DNA of 64,000 nt from the NCBI GenBank assembly GCA_041856045.1, contig JBHAFI010000148.1:8477-72476 (forward strand), written 5' to 3'. Shown piece after piece: positions 18,019-28,054 of this stretch; the stretch's first letter is position 1; each line of letters begins with the position of its first letter. The DNA comes from Porphyromonas sp. (GTDB taxonomy: Bacteria > Bacteroidota > Bacteroidia > Bacteroidales > Porphyromonadaceae). The notes beneath the pieces are model-generated. The model worked only from the letters and a program-made list of their open reading frames with translations, did not search any database and was not told where the DNA came from. The position numbers and the translations under genes are program-made.

Positions 18019-20418
18019 TTAGTGGTGTTTTACGCGATCGGCTTCCTCGGCTTGCTTTGCACTATTCCAACTGTCTAGGTTGCCCGTGAGGTAACCTGTA
18101 ATACGTCTAAGGCGTGCTATACGATCACTCTTACAGACGGGACACTGATGGTAGATGATCCCTCTATATCCACAGCCATTGCATGTATCTACAGGGTGAT
18201 TGATTGAGCCGTAGCCGATCTCTGAGTCTTTCATTGTCTTGACGAGTTTAAGAATAACACTGACATTCTTTTTCGCCTCACCGTCCAACTCGATATATGA
18301 GATGTGTCCTCCGCTTGTAATAGCGTGGAAGGGAGCCTCTCGTTTAATCTTCTCAAACATACTGATATGCTCGCGTACATCAACGTGAAAAGAGTTGACG
18401 TAATAGTCTAGATCATTGACACCAACCAGTTCGCCATACTTTTTGCGATCGATCCTCGTGAAGCGTCCAGATAATCCCTCGGCAGGTGTTGCTAGACACG
18501 AATAGTTGAGGTGATACTTCTCCTTGTATTTCTCTGCAACAAGACGTATAGTATCTACTGCTTGGTAAAGCGTCTGCCACGCATTGTCGTTGTGTCCGTG
18601 TCCCTCTCCGTAGAGAGCAACCATCGCATTATGCCCCCCGATAAAGCCTATACCGAGCGTCCCCGACAACCACACATCTCCGATCTCATCGTTGGCATCG
18701 AGGCGTGCTCCACCTTTCCATACATCATTACCCATCATAAAGGGGAATTGGCGGGCTAGAGCCGTACGCTGATATTGGTAGCGTTCGTACAATTGCTCTG
18801 CAATGAAGGTGCTGACTTCCTCAACACGTTGGAGGAATAGTTTGATGGCTTCTTGGCGTAAACTATGCTTATCGGCACTTGGCATATTACTCTTAGCCGT
18901 CTCCATTGCTTCGATGGCAAGTCGGGGCATATTCATTGTCGTGAATGAGAGGTTACCTCGTCCCACCGAACTACGAGGGCCATTGATATTATCAAAAACA
19001 CGAGTCCTACAACCCATAGTAGCCACCTCGTGAAGATAGCGTTTAGGATCATCGCTACGCCATTGCTCGTGGCGATTAAACTTGGTGTCAAGGAATACGA
19101 AATTGGGGAAGAGGGCATGACTTGTCGTCTGACACGAAGCAAGGAGCAAATCAAAGTTGGGGCTTGTAAACTTAATACGTCCAGCCATTGCCCCCTCAAA
19201 GTCTGCCATGGCTAATTGATAGTCTTCATCGGAATAATTCACGCCCTCCTTGACTTTGAATATCTGGATAGGGAAGATTGGTATCTCACCTTTTCCCAAG
19301 CCATCTTTGGTTGCCTCGAGCAGTTTCTTCATTACCATACGACCCTCTTCGCTGGTGTCTGTTCCGTAGTTGATCGAACTAAATACAACCTGATTGCCAC
19401 CTCGAGAGTGCATCGTATTTAGGTTGTGGATAAAGCCCTCCATGGCTTGATAGGTATCTAGTTCGGTACGTTCGTATGCAGAGCCAAATACTTGTTGTAA
19501 CTCTTCCCTTGTAATATCATACCCAGCAGAGTTGAGTGCTTGATATAGGTTATCTCTGTGGTCTTCGTGTCTGAGGCTTGCAACGTGTAGTTGGATCAAT
19601 TCTTTGAGTCTAACCTTTGTGTCCGCAGTTTTGTGTGCTCCTTTTAAGTCTAGAATGAAAAGGAGCCTATCACGTAGGTGCTTGTGAAATGTCTTACGTA
19701 CTCCCGGAGCCATAAAGAAGTCAAAGGCTGGGATAGCTTGACCTCCGTGCTGCTCGTTTTGGTTCGTTTGGAACACGATGGTGGCAAGGGTGGCATAACT
19801 ATGAATACTCTGTGGCGGACGGATACTACCATTCTTGGTCTTGAACCCACGCTCAAATAGATCTCCGAGGTCATACTGTACGCAGGTCGCTGTTTTGGTA
19901 GGGTAGTAGTCCAGATCATGGATATGTATCAGACCCTCGGCGTGTGCTTTGGCGTATTGCGGAGAGAGTAGATACTTCATAGCATAGTCCTTGGTAACCT
20001 CCGAGGCAAAAGTCATCATCTGTCCCGCAGGAGTGTAAGCACTCATATTGGCATTCCCAAGATTTACGTCATTTTTCTCAATGGTTACGATGCCGTCCAT
20101 CGTATGCTTGAGGCGTGTGCGTTTCTCTCGCTCTATGGTACGCCACTCTCTATATATAATATAGCGTTTGGCAATCTCGGGGGCGATGCTCATCAACTCA
20201 CGCTCGACAGCGTCTTGTATTTGCTCTACCTCGACAGCCTTGAGTCCGAGGGCAATAAAAGACTGTATAATGCGACTCACGAGAGCATTTATCTCGCTCT
20301 CTCGCTCGACGAGTCCTGCTGCTCTGTAAGCCTTGGCGATGGCTCTATAAATCTTGCTAGGGGTAAGGACTTCATGCTTACCATCACGTTTGATAACGTT
20401 GAGTGTAGGGTCTGCCAT
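18019..20418 (-). CDS. nrdD: Anaerobic ribonucleoside-triphosphate reductase
   Basis: N-terminal ATP-cone, C-terminal Zn site (CNGCGYRG...CPVCKS) and the glycyl-radical motif RRITGYLTG. Confidence 0.95.
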   Translation of the reverse strand: MADPTLNVIKRDGKHEVLTPSKIYRAIAKAYRAAGLVERESEINALVSRIIQSFIALGLKAVEVEQIQDAVERELMSIAPEIAKRYIIYREWRTIEREKRTRLKHTMDGIVTIEKNDVNLGNANMSAYTPAGQMMTFASEVTKDYAMKYLLSPQYAKAHAEGLIHIHDLDYYPTKTATCVQYDLGDLFERGFKTKNGSIRPPQSIHSYATLATIVFQTNQNEQHGGQAIPAFDFFMAPGVRKTFHKHLRDRLLFILDLKGAHKTADTKVRLKELIQLHVASLRHEDHRDNLYQALNSAGYDITREELQQVFGSAYERTELDTYQAMEGFIHNLNTMHSRGGNQVVFSSINYGTDTSEEGRMVMKKLLEATKDGLGKGEIPIFPIQIFKVKEGVNYSDEDYQLAMADFEGAMAGRIKFTSPNFDLLLASCQTTSHALFPNFVFLDTKFNRHEQWRSDDPKRYLHEVATMGCRTRVFDNINGPRSSVGRGNLSFTTMNMPRLAIEAMETAKSNMPSADKHSLRQEAIKLFLQRVEEVSTFIAEQLYERYQYQRTALARQFPFMMGNDVWKGGARLDANDEIGDVWLSGTLGIGFIGGHNAMVALYGEGHGHNDNAWQTLYQAVDTIRLVAEKYKEKYHLNYSCLATPAEGLSGRFTRIDRKKYGELVGVNDLDYYVNSFHVDVREHISMFEKIKREAPFHAITSGGHISYIELDGEAKKNVSVILKLVKTMKDSEIGYGSINHPVDTCNGCGYRGIIYHQCPVCKSDRIARLRRITGYLTGNLDSWNSAKQAEEADRVKHH

Positions 20419-20518
20419 AATGTTGGGTATATGCTAGTTATGCAAATAAATACAACTCTGATTACAGCTCAATACCTATATGTAGGTAGGTGGTATTTTG
20501 CTGTTCGGACTGATAAGA

Positions 20519-20526
20519 CAAAGTTA
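20519..20526 (-). promoter_or_regulatory. -7 box TAACTTTG, candidate nrdD promoter
   Basis: About 100 bp upstream of ATG 20418. Confidence 0.4.
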
Positions 20527-20831
20527 AATCTTAGGACGGAGATAAGCAAATGAGGTGAGATATACCAAGTAGATCTTAACACTTTATTATACCTCCATTC
20601 AAAGACTTAAGTAACGACAGAAAATTCAAAAAACTTACTCGCTCCTCCATATCCAAGTAGAGAGGTTCCTTAGGTCGTACTCGCAATATGAGGGGAGTTC
20701 CAAAAGCGAGGCGAGATGTCGCTAGTAGGATCACTACAACTAGGTAGCCTTGCGTATCGATCGAGGCAAAGAGATGCTCTTGATGTAGTCTAGCATAGCG
20801 TGATAGGGCATAATACATTAGGCTGCATTAC

Positions 20832-20870
20832 TCAAAATAAAGTCCTGTGGAGTAGACGCTCCACAGGACT
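20832..20870 (-). terminator. Rho-independent terminator after the GNAT gene
   Basis: 12-bp stem AGTCCTGTGGAG/CTCCACAGGACT, followed on the minus strand by TTATTTTG. Confidence 0.7.
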
Positions 20871-20927
20871 TGAAATGTTTATGAATAATGAGTTGAAGCA
20901 AGACCGAACTGCCACATAGGCGAACGA

Positions 20928-21452
20928 TCAAGTAACGCCATAAACACACCGATATATCTCCTCTATGTGTGCCTTAATAGCCTTGGCTCCTAGATCCTCC
21001 GTACTCATAAGGTACATATCAATATATGGTCTGCCCGGGAGATAAGGAGGTTGCTTGTAGTCTACCGGTACCCGAGAGAAGCCTAGCGAAGTATAGAAGG
21101 CTATGCGACGCTCGGCTATCGTTGTTGTAGGAGGTTCGCACTCGAGGAGGATAAGTCCCTTATGCTCCTCAATGAATTGCTGTAAGACCTTGGCACCATA
21201 GCCTAGAGATCGGTACTCGGGAAGGATAAAGAAATGCTCAACAAAGGTACTACTACGCAATTGCCAAAACGTAAGTAGCCCTATAAGTTGCTTATCATTA
21301 TAGAGTGTACACAAGTGTAATCCTGCGGGGCGTATACCGAAGATAGTTTCCTCGGGACGACGCTCGTCCTCGGGGAAACTATCTCGATAACTCGTCCGTA
21401 ATGCAATCTCCTCCTCCTTCTCGAGGCAAGGATTGTATCGTAGACTTATCAC
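20928..21452 (-). CDS. GNAT-family N-acetyltransferase
   Basis: 174 aa with a LGYGAKVLQQFIEE acetyl-CoA-binding-type motif. The track start is a GTG. Confidence 0.7.
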   Translation of the reverse strand: MISLRYNPCLEKEEEIALRTSYRDSFPEDERRPEETIFGIRPAGLHLCTLYNDKQLIGLLTFWQLRSSTFVEHFFILPEYRSLGYGAKVLQQFIEEHKGLILLECEPPTTTIAERRIAFYTSLGFSRVPVDYKQPPYLPGRPYIDMYLMSTEDLGAKAIKAHIEEIYRCVYGVT

Positions 21453-21455
21453 AGC

Positions 21456-23120
21456 CTAATGCTCGTCTTTGGGACCTACAACTTTGAGGTTCTCTCCGTA
21501 GGTCTTGGCAATAGCCTCGTAGTACTCCTTATTATAGCCGGGGAAGTCTGGCATCTCGCTTAGGCCATTGCCATTATCAAGGAAGCGACCGTCCTTCTCT
21601 TTCTTCATATTACCGTCCATATACTTGACGAGGAGATATTCACCTAGTCGTTTCCAGCGTGCCGTAGCACCGTTGGCAACATCAGCACAGTAGTTATTGA
21701 GGAAGGCTTTGGCTTTCTCGGGATCTTCTTTGAGTAGGCGTACAGCCTCTGCGTCAATATACTTCTGTTGCTCATCAAAGCCCTTCTCTAGACGCTCTTG
21801 TACTGGGCGAATGTCTGCGATCATAGGTTCGTAGCGGTTGTAAGCCATATTAGCAACCCAGTTATGTATCCAGAAGGCACTTGTCCATGAGAAATTCATC
21901 ATATCTCCGTTGCCTACTCTATAGCACTCGGGTATTGCAGTTATGCTGGCATACATGGGCGTAAGTACTGCTGTATTGGCATCATCTACACCAAACCATA
22001 GGACACCACCTACGGCATCGGGAAGCCAAGAGCGTAGTTGTGCTACGAGGACAAAGCCTGTCTGCTGTGTTGCTACAGCACGCTCATTAACGTACGACTG
22101 CCCCTCAACCTCAAAGGTCATAGGTCTCCAACGATAAGGCGACTTATAAGGACCCGCACCGACGTCCTTGGTCATATCCATAGAGGTACCCTCGTAGTGG
22201 TTACGCATAGCCTTACGTACGTCTGCTACAGACACCTTCCTATCGGGGATCATATACAGAGGCATATACTCGGCATTAACATCGCCTCGTACGTGTGCCT
22301 CGTACTTTTGTGCGTCTTTGTTGAACTCTCTGAAGAAACTCCACACACGAGCCTCACAACCACGTAGACCACCAAATGTGTATGGATTGTACGCCTTCTG
22401 GAAGTCGAAGTCCTCGTCCTTGCCCTTGAAGAAGCCTTTCTCTCTTGCGAGGTTTACGACATCTTTCTCGTACATACAATTCTCCTTATCTCCAAAAGGT
22501 ATCTTGTGGATACGTGCTTGGTTGGCGTGAGCCGATATAGCGTTGTCGGGGATACGAATTGCCACCCAAACGGCACCCTTCTTACCCTTGCCCTTACCGA
22601 TCATCTCGAGTACCCACACCTCATTCTTATCGGCGATCGTAAAACTCTCGCCACTGCTGGCGTAGCCATAATCACGCACTAGATCGGTCATCACCTTGAT
22701 AGCCTCACGAGCACTCTTGCTACGTTGTAGCGATACGTAGATAAGGCTACCATAGTCCATGATACCATTGGCATCGGCAAGTTCCTTGCGTCCTCCCCAA
22801 GTAGACTCAGTTATGGCTACTTGGTGCTCATTCATATTGCCTACTACGTTGTAGGTAATGGGAGCCTCGGGGATATACCCTAGGTGTTTGTTGGTATCCC
22901 ACTCACGTATCTCACGCATGGTCCCTTTGGCGTGCTTACCTGCTGCCCAGTGATATAGTTCACCATAGAGCGTGTGTGAGTCTGCCGAATAACTAATGAT
23001 GACAGAGCCATCTACCGATGCTTTCTTGCCGACAATAAGGTCGGAGCAAGCCTCAGCCATCTGTGTACTTGCTAGGCTTAGTAAGCCAGCCGTCACAGCG
23101 AGGAATAGTTTCTTGTACAT
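21456..23120 (-). CDS. C69-family dipeptidase
   Basis: Signal peptide followed by the nucleophile context ACSDLIVGKKASVDGS. 554 aa. Confidence 0.85.
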   Translation of the reverse strand: MYKKLFLAVTAGLLSLASTQMAEACSDLIVGKKASVDGSVIISYSADSHTLYGELYHWAAGKHAKGTMREIREWDTNKHLGYIPEAPITYNVVGNMNEHQVAITESTWGGRKELADANGIMDYGSLIYVSLQRSKSAREAIKVMTDLVRDYGYASSGESFTIADKNEVWVLEMIGKGKGKKGAVWVAIRIPDNAISAHANQARIHKIPFGDKENCMYEKDVVNLAREKGFFKGKDEDFDFQKAYNPYTFGGLRGCEARVWSFFREFNKDAQKYEAHVRGDVNAEYMPLYMIPDRKVSVADVRKAMRNHYEGTSMDMTKDVGAGPYKSPYRWRPMTFEVEGQSYVNERAVATQQTGFVLVAQLRSWLPDAVGGVLWFGVDDANTAVLTPMYASITAIPECYRVGNGDMMNFSWTSAFWIHNWVANMAYNRYEPMIADIRPVQERLEKGFDEQQKYIDAEAVRLLKEDPEKAKAFLNNYCADVANGATARWKRLGEYLLVKYMDGNMKKEKDGRFLDNGNGLSEMPDFPGYNKEYYEAIAKTYGENLKVVGPKDEH

Positions 23121-23151
23121 AATCGTTAAGTGTTAGTTTTACATATATCCT

Positions 23152-23159
23152 CAAAGATA
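23152..23159 (-). promoter_or_regulatory. -7 box TATCTTTG for the C69 dipeptidase gene
   Basis: 32 bp upstream of ATG 23120. Confidence 0.45.
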
Positions 23160-23226
23160 CGGATTTTTGATAGACCTACATATAGCCGATTGTCGTGATA
23201 TTAACCTCTCGGGAGAGAATTTTGCT

Positions 23227-24126
23227 CTATTTTATGGCTAGACTAAGGAAGCGTTCTTTGCCACTTAGGTCGTTTAGTAGGTGGGCATACTCGATATGCT
23301 CTGCCCCGATAATCTCTACCATACGCTCTAGCGTTAGGTGAGCGTAGAGGGGATTGAGTTCGAGGTAAAGTCTTCCTCCGCTCTTTAGCCAACCTGCTCG
23401 AGCAAGGCGAGCAATGGCATCATAATATATAGTAGGACTCTCGGCAGGGGCAAAGAGTGCTGTACTTGGTTCCCACTCAAGCACAGACTCGGACATCTCT
23501 TGAGCCTCTTGTGGGTGTATATAAGGCGGATTGCTGATGATAATATCGTATCCTCCCTCACGGAAAGGGCTGTCGAGGGCGAATACATCGGCAGGCTCTA
23601 GCCTTATCTCTATGGGACTATCGAGCCTACGTATATTCTCGCGAGCGATTGCCAAGGCATCTAGACTAAGGTCAATAGCATCTATGCTCTTGATATACTT
23701 GGTCCCTATTTGTGTTGCCAAGCCAATAGGAATACAAGCACTGCCAGTACCTATATCAAGGATATGTAGACCTTGGGAGGGGTGGATACGCTCCAACTCT
23801 TGCTTAATGTAGTAGACAAGTTCCTCTGTCTCGGGACGAGGTATTAGCACCCCGGGGGCTACGTAGATCTTGCGATCAAAGAAGTAAGCGTAGCCTAGTA
23901 TGTATTGCAATGGTTCACCCTCGACGAGGCGGTCGGCAAGAGGGGAGAGCCGACCCAAGGTGTCCGGGGATAAAGCCGTATCTTTGTCGAGAAGTAACAA
24001 CTCTGTATGCGAGAGTTGCAGTTGATCCTCAAGTAAGAGATACAGCATGGCTCGGGCTTCCTCCACCTCATAGCGTACAGATAGACGCTCTGTGTACAGA
24101 GCAAGGAAGGACTTAATAGTTATCAT
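23227..24126 (-). CDS. prmC: Release-factor glutamine N5-methyltransferase
   Basis: ILDIGTGSACI SAM motif and the IISNPPY catalytic motif. Confidence 0.85.
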   Translation of the reverse strand: MITIKSFLALYTERLSVRYEVEEARAMLYLLLEDQLQLSHTELLLLDKDTALSPDTLGRLSPLADRLVEGEPLQYILGYAYFFDRKIYVAPGVLIPRPETEELVYYIKQELERIHPSQGLHILDIGTGSACIPIGLATQIGTKYIKSIDAIDLSLDALAIARENIRRLDSPIEIRLEPADVFALDSPFREGGYDIIISNPPYIHPQEAQEMSESVLEWEPSTALFAPAESPTIYYDAIARLARAGWLKSGGRLYLELNPLYAHLTLERMVEIIGAEHIEYAHLLNDLSGKERFLSLAIK

Positions 24127-24141
24127 AAGAACAAAGGTACA

Positions 24142-25158
24142 ATGAAGGAAGATAATATCTATATGCGACGTGCTTTGGAACTTGCCACCCTAGGAGTGGG
24201 GCAAGTGTCCTCTAACCCTATGGTTGGGGCTGTACTCGTATATCAAGGACGCATAATAGGGGAAGGCTATCATCATCGTTATGGCGAACCTCATGCCGAG
24301 GTAATGGCTATTCGTAGTGTTGCCGAGAGTGATCTCGATCGACTAGTAGATAGTACGCTGTACGTGACTCTTGAGCCTTGCTCTCACTATGGTAAGACTC
24401 CTCCCTGTGCCGAGTTAATTATTCGTCATCGTATCCCTCGCGTGGTGATTGCCCAACTCGACCCTTACCCCGAGGTGGCTGGTAGAGGTATTGCCCTGCT
24501 CAAGGCTGCGGGGATTGAGGTGCAAGTCGGTTGTTTGGAGGCAGAGGCTAGACAACTTAATAAGGCTTTTAATACACGTTATCAGATGGGTCGTCCCTAT
24601 GTTTTGCTCAAGTGGGCAGAGAGTAATGATGGGTATATGGATCTTAGGCGTCCTCCTCGCTCGGGTCAGGCTGTGCTTTTCTCATCGCCATATCAACAAC
24701 GCTTGGTACACAAACTAAGGAGAGAGTATCAGGCTATTATGGTGGGGGCTGCCACGGCACTACAAGACAACCCAAGCCTAACCAACCGCTATTGGGGCGA
24801 AGTACAACCAATACGGATCATACTAGACTTGGGGCTAAGTTTGCCTCAAGATCTACGAGTATTCTGCGATAATCTATCTCCCACTTGGGTAATATATGAT
24901 CGCTCGCGTGTACATGAAGCAAAGAATACGAAGCCTCAAGTACGCTATATTGGTCTAGACCTAAGCCTAGGCAACACAGCCGAGATAATACTTGACTTTT
25001 TGGCGAGTGAGGGTATAAATTCTTTACTCGTAGAGGGGGGAGGCAAGACGCTGAGCCTATTTACTCGTAGTGGCTGTTACGATCAAATACAGCGAGAGCG
25101 TAGTTGTCTTCGCTTGGGTAGTGGTGTTCCTGCCCCTTGTCTGTGTCCCGAGGATTAG
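24142..25158 (+). CDS. ribD: Bifunctional riboflavin biosynthesis deaminase/reductase
   Basis: HAEVMA...PCSHYGKTPPC deaminase zinc motifs and a C-terminal reductase domain (LLVEGGGKT). Confidence 0.9.
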   Translation: MKEDNIYMRRALELATLGVGQVSSNPMVGAVLVYQGRIIGEGYHHRYGEPHAEVMAIRSVAESDLDRLVDSTLYVTLEPCSHYGKTPPCAELIIRHRIPRVVIAQLDPYPEVAGRGIALLKAAGIEVQVGCLEAEARQLNKAFNTRYQMGRPYVLLKWAESNDGYMDLRRPPRSGQAVLFSSPYQQRLVHKLRREYQAIMVGAATALQDNPSLTNRYWGEVQPIRIILDLGLSLPQDLRVFCDNLSPTWVIYDRSRVHEAKNTKPQVRYIGLDLSLGNTAEIILDFLASEGINSLLVEGGGKTLSLFTRSGCYDQIQRERSCLRLGSGVPAPCLCPED

Positions 25159-25289
25159 AGTCGCGAGGTAGTTGATGAGGGGTTAAGATTATACTTCTCT
25201 CCTAGGTAAGAGGTCGCTTGGTGATGAGGTCGTTATTAGTTGTATCGGGATAGCCCGTGATATATTGGGAGTTTCCCTCTCTCAAAATA

Positions 25290-25345
25290 GCCCTAATGTG
25301 CTGATATACTTGTGGGTATAGTAAGCATATTAGGGCATCTTTTTT
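25290..25345 (+). terminator. Rho-independent terminator about 130 bp downstream of ribD
   Basis: 13-bp stem GCCCTAATGTGCT/AGCATATTAGGGC (one G-U pair), followed by ATCTTTTTT. Confidence 0.7.
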
Positions 25346-25390
25346 GATCCTAGAGTATAGACCTAGATGTTCCTCGTCTAAGCCCCCGTC

Positions 25391-25675
25391 TGATAAGGTA
25401 CTTTCATCTTGCTTGATAAGATACACGTAAGCGGATTGGGAAGAAGCGAGCCTTAAAGTAAGGGCTAAGCACATCAGAAATCTACGAATAACGGAAGCCC
25501 CCGATGCCCCTATCCTTAGTCTCAAAAATACGATGTAATTTCATCTCGATTGACAAGATACTTGAGGCTCGATTGAAGAGATACTTAGACGTCAAGTGAC
25601 AAGATACTTAGTCTTCATTCAACATCTAAGTATCTTGTTATAACACCGATCAGCATTGACTCTCCGAGGGGGTAT
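25391..25675. repeat. Dispersed non-coding element, copy A (~285 bp)
   Basis: Aligns with 30865-31150 at about 85% identity by eye. The 13-bp motif TGAyrAGATACyT sits at 25391, 25414, 25551, 25574 and 25597 (23-bp steps within each group), with an inverted copy at 25628-25640. Confidence 0.85.
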
Positions 25676-25911
25676 AGGTGTGTCGGGGCTACTGGCGAAT
25701 AAGAGCCTCGCCCGTAGGTACCTTAACCCGAGAAATCGAGGAGATAGACTCTTGGGGGCTAGCACTGCTTTCGCTCATATCAAGGTGTAAATTGGGTGTT
25801 CTAGGGCTGTTTGTCTTGTAATATCTCGATGCCAAGGCTAGACTCTCGGTATATCGCTCGTATGTTGGAGAGATTTGACTTAGGCTGTGAATGATTATAG
25901 CATAAGTCCAT

Positions 25912-25985
25912 TAAAAAGGTTAAGGCTAACTGTCTCCCGACAACTAGCCTTACTGTATAACCTTAAATCTAATACTATGAAAAAC
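25912..25985 (-). ncRNA. Candidate ~70-nt small RNA (promoter plus terminator, no ORF)
   Basis: On the minus strand: TTTG, N20, TACCTTTG (-7 box at 25992-25999). About 40 nt further on there is an 8-bp hairpin (25921-25952) followed by ACCTTTTT. No ATG lies in between. Confidence 0.25.
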
Positions 25986-26185
25986 ACGTTGCAAAGGTAG
26001 TATAATTTGGCATTAAAAACAAACCTCATAAAGGCTTGAGAAACCTCCTTTTGTCACTTTGCTAACTAGTCTTTGTAAGTGCTTATAAACAGGTAAAGGA
26101 TACTATAATATGAGTGAGCAAAAATGACGAAGAAACTTGTAAATCCGTCAGACTTATATAGCCTATTCGCTATGTCGTTATATAG

Positions 26186-26229
26186 AATATGCTCCGCATA
26201 TCCAAGGACGTTGGTATGCGAAGCATATT
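26186..26229 (-). terminator. Long stem-loop after the fumarate hydratase gene
   Basis: About 18 bp of paired stem (one bulge, one mismatch) around the loop GGACG. Confidence 0.5.
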
Positions 26230-26253
26230 TACGAGTGTGTTTGTGCTTAGTCT

Positions 26254-27906
26254 TTACTTATTGATAGCACAGCCGTTGCACTTCTCTTTGATCTGAGTGA
26301 AGAAGTCGTTGCCCTTATCATCTACCAAGATGAAAGCAGGGAAGTTCTCTACCTCGATCTTCCAAATAGCCTCCATACCGAGTTCGGGGTATTCGAGGCA
26401 TTCAACCTTCTTAATGCTCTCTTGGGCGAGGATAGCAGCAGGTCCACCAATACTACCTAAGTAGAAGCCTCCGTACTTCTTGCAGGCATCGGTTACTTGC
26501 TGACTACGATTGCCCTTGGCAATCATAATCATACTGCCTCCTTGACTTTGGAAGAGATCGACGTAACTATCCATACGTCCTGCTGTCGTAGGACCAAATG
26601 ATCCCGAGGGCATACCAGCTGGGGTCTTGGCTGGACCAGCATAATAGATCGGGTGGTCCTTGATATATTGAGGCAATCCCTCACCACTATCGATACGCTC
26701 TTTGAGTTTAGCGTGTGCGATGTCACGCCCTACGATGATCGTGCCATTGAGCGATAGGCGAGTAGATACGGGGTACTTACTTAGTTCTGCAAGGATCTCT
26801 GGCATAGGCTTGTTGAGGTCGATACGTACGGCTTCGCCCTCACCTTGCTGACGTAGTTCCTCAGGGATAAGTCTTGCAGGGTTGGTCTCCATCTTCTCGA
26901 TCCAAATACCGTCCTTATTGATTTTCGCCTTGATGTTACGGTCGGCAGAGCAACTAACGCCCATACCTACTGGACAAGATGCTCCGTGTCGTGGCAAGCG
27001 AATGATACGTATGTCGTGAGCGAAGTACTTACCACCAAATTGAGCCCCAAGTCCCAATTTGTATGCTTCCTCGAGTACTTGACGCTCCAACTCGATGTCA
27101 CGGAAGGCTTGACCACCCTCATTACCCTCTGTCGGTAGATTGTCATAGTACTTGGCTGATGCCAACTTTACTGTCTTGAGGTTGGTCTCTGCCGATGTTC
27201 CCCCAATAACGAATGCTATGTGGTAGGGAGGACAGGCAGCAGTACCTAGAGAACTCATCTTCTCGATGATGAACTTCACAAGGCTTGTGGGGTTAAGGAG
27301 GGCCTTAGTCTCTTGATAGAGGTAAGTCTTGTTGGCAGAGCCTCCACCCTTAGCCATACAGAGGAAGTTATACTCCATACCATCGACACTAAGAAGATCT
27401 ATCTGTGCAGGTAGGTTGCAACCTGTGTTGATCTCTTTGTACATATCGAGGGGTACGTTTTGCGAATAGCGTAGGTTGTTCTCGGTGTAAGCGTCATATA
27501 CGCCGTGTGATAAGTGTTCCTCGTCATGACCACCAAGTACAAATACTTGCTGTCCCTTCTTACCCATGATAATAGCGGTACCTGTATCTTGACAGGTCGG
27601 AAGTTGACCCTTGGCCGACGTCTCGGAATTACGTAGGAAGGTTAGTGCTACATACTTGTCATTATCGCTAGCTTCTGGATCACTGAGGATCTTCGCTACC
27701 TGCTCTTGATGCTCAGGGCGGAGATAGAAAGACACGTCGTGGAACGCTGCCTTGGCCAGTAGTCTTAGACCCTCTGGGGCGATACATAGCATCTCGTGCT
27801 CGCCAAATTGCTTGACAGACACGTGTTCGTTGGTGAGTAGATAGTACTCCGTCTTATCCTCACTAAGGGGGAAAGGCTTCTGATACTTGAATGGAGGTGT
27901 AGCCAT
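26254..27906 (-). CDS. Class I (Fe-S) fumarate hydratase
   Basis: 550 aa, with fused alpha and beta domains of class I fumarase/tartrate dehydratase type. Confidence 0.9.
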   Translation of the reverse strand: MATPPFKYQKPFPLSEDKTEYYLLTNEHVSVKQFGEHEMLCIAPEGLRLLAKAAFHDVSFYLRPEHQEQVAKILSDPEASDNDKYVALTFLRNSETSAKGQLPTCQDTGTAIIMGKKGQQVFVLGGHDEEHLSHGVYDAYTENNLRYSQNVPLDMYKEINTGCNLPAQIDLLSVDGMEYNFLCMAKGGGSANKTYLYQETKALLNPTSLVKFIIEKMSSLGTAACPPYHIAFVIGGTSAETNLKTVKLASAKYYDNLPTEGNEGGQAFRDIELERQVLEEAYKLGLGAQFGGKYFAHDIRIIRLPRHGASCPVGMGVSCSADRNIKAKINKDGIWIEKMETNPARLIPEELRQQGEGEAVRIDLNKPMPEILAELSKYPVSTRLSLNGTIIVGRDIAHAKLKERIDSGEGLPQYIKDHPIYYAGPAKTPAGMPSGSFGPTTAGRMDSYVDLFQSQGGSMIMIAKGNRSQQVTDACKKYGGFYLGSIGGPAAILAQESIKKVECLEYPELGMEAIWKIEVENFPAFILVDDKGNDFFTQIKEKCNGCAINK

Positions 27907-27948
27907 ACTTGTAATGTTTACCTGAATTAGTGATATTTATATGTAATA

Positions 27949-27956
27949 CAAAGGTA
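27949..27956 (-). promoter_or_regulatory. -7 box TACCTTTG for the fumarate hydratase gene
   Basis: 43 bp upstream of ATG 27906. A paralogous box at 28726-28733 lies upstream of the TonB-like gene. Confidence 0.5.
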
Positions 27957-28004
27957 GTAAAATTTAGATACCAAGTTAAGCCTGCCCAACTTTTACTTCG
28001 GGAT

Positions 28005-28048
28005 AACAAAAAATATCGCCGACACAAGGGTAAGACTTGGTCGGCGAT
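28005..28048 (-). terminator. Rho-independent terminator after the TonB-like gene
   Basis: Stem ATCGCCGAC/GTCGGCGAT plus CAAG/CTTG, followed on the minus strand by ATATTTTTTG. Confidence 0.7.
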
Positions 28049-28054
28049 GAGATT

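Noticed and set aside
20576-20818. 80-aa ORF in the nrdD upstream region
   Set aside because: It resembles no family I recognise, has odd composition, and sits in a leader region. I kept it only as a note under the nrdD-leader finding.
24127-24141. FMN riboswitch upstream of ribD; lysine riboswitch upstream of asd (53331-53830)
   Set aside because: Only 15 bp separate ribD from the divergent prmC start. The asd -7 box lies 51 bp from the ATG, which leaves no room for an aptamer, and I saw no L-box-like conserved helices.
25202-25525. 107-aa ORF (and its apparent homologue 30610..30999) starting MRLRIGASG / MRPRIGASG
   Set aside because: Similarity is confined to the ~36 codons that lie inside the dispersed DNA element, and the rest is unrelated. 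A strong plus-strand terminator for ribD (25290-25345) lies within the first ORF. The substitutions show no codon-position pattern.
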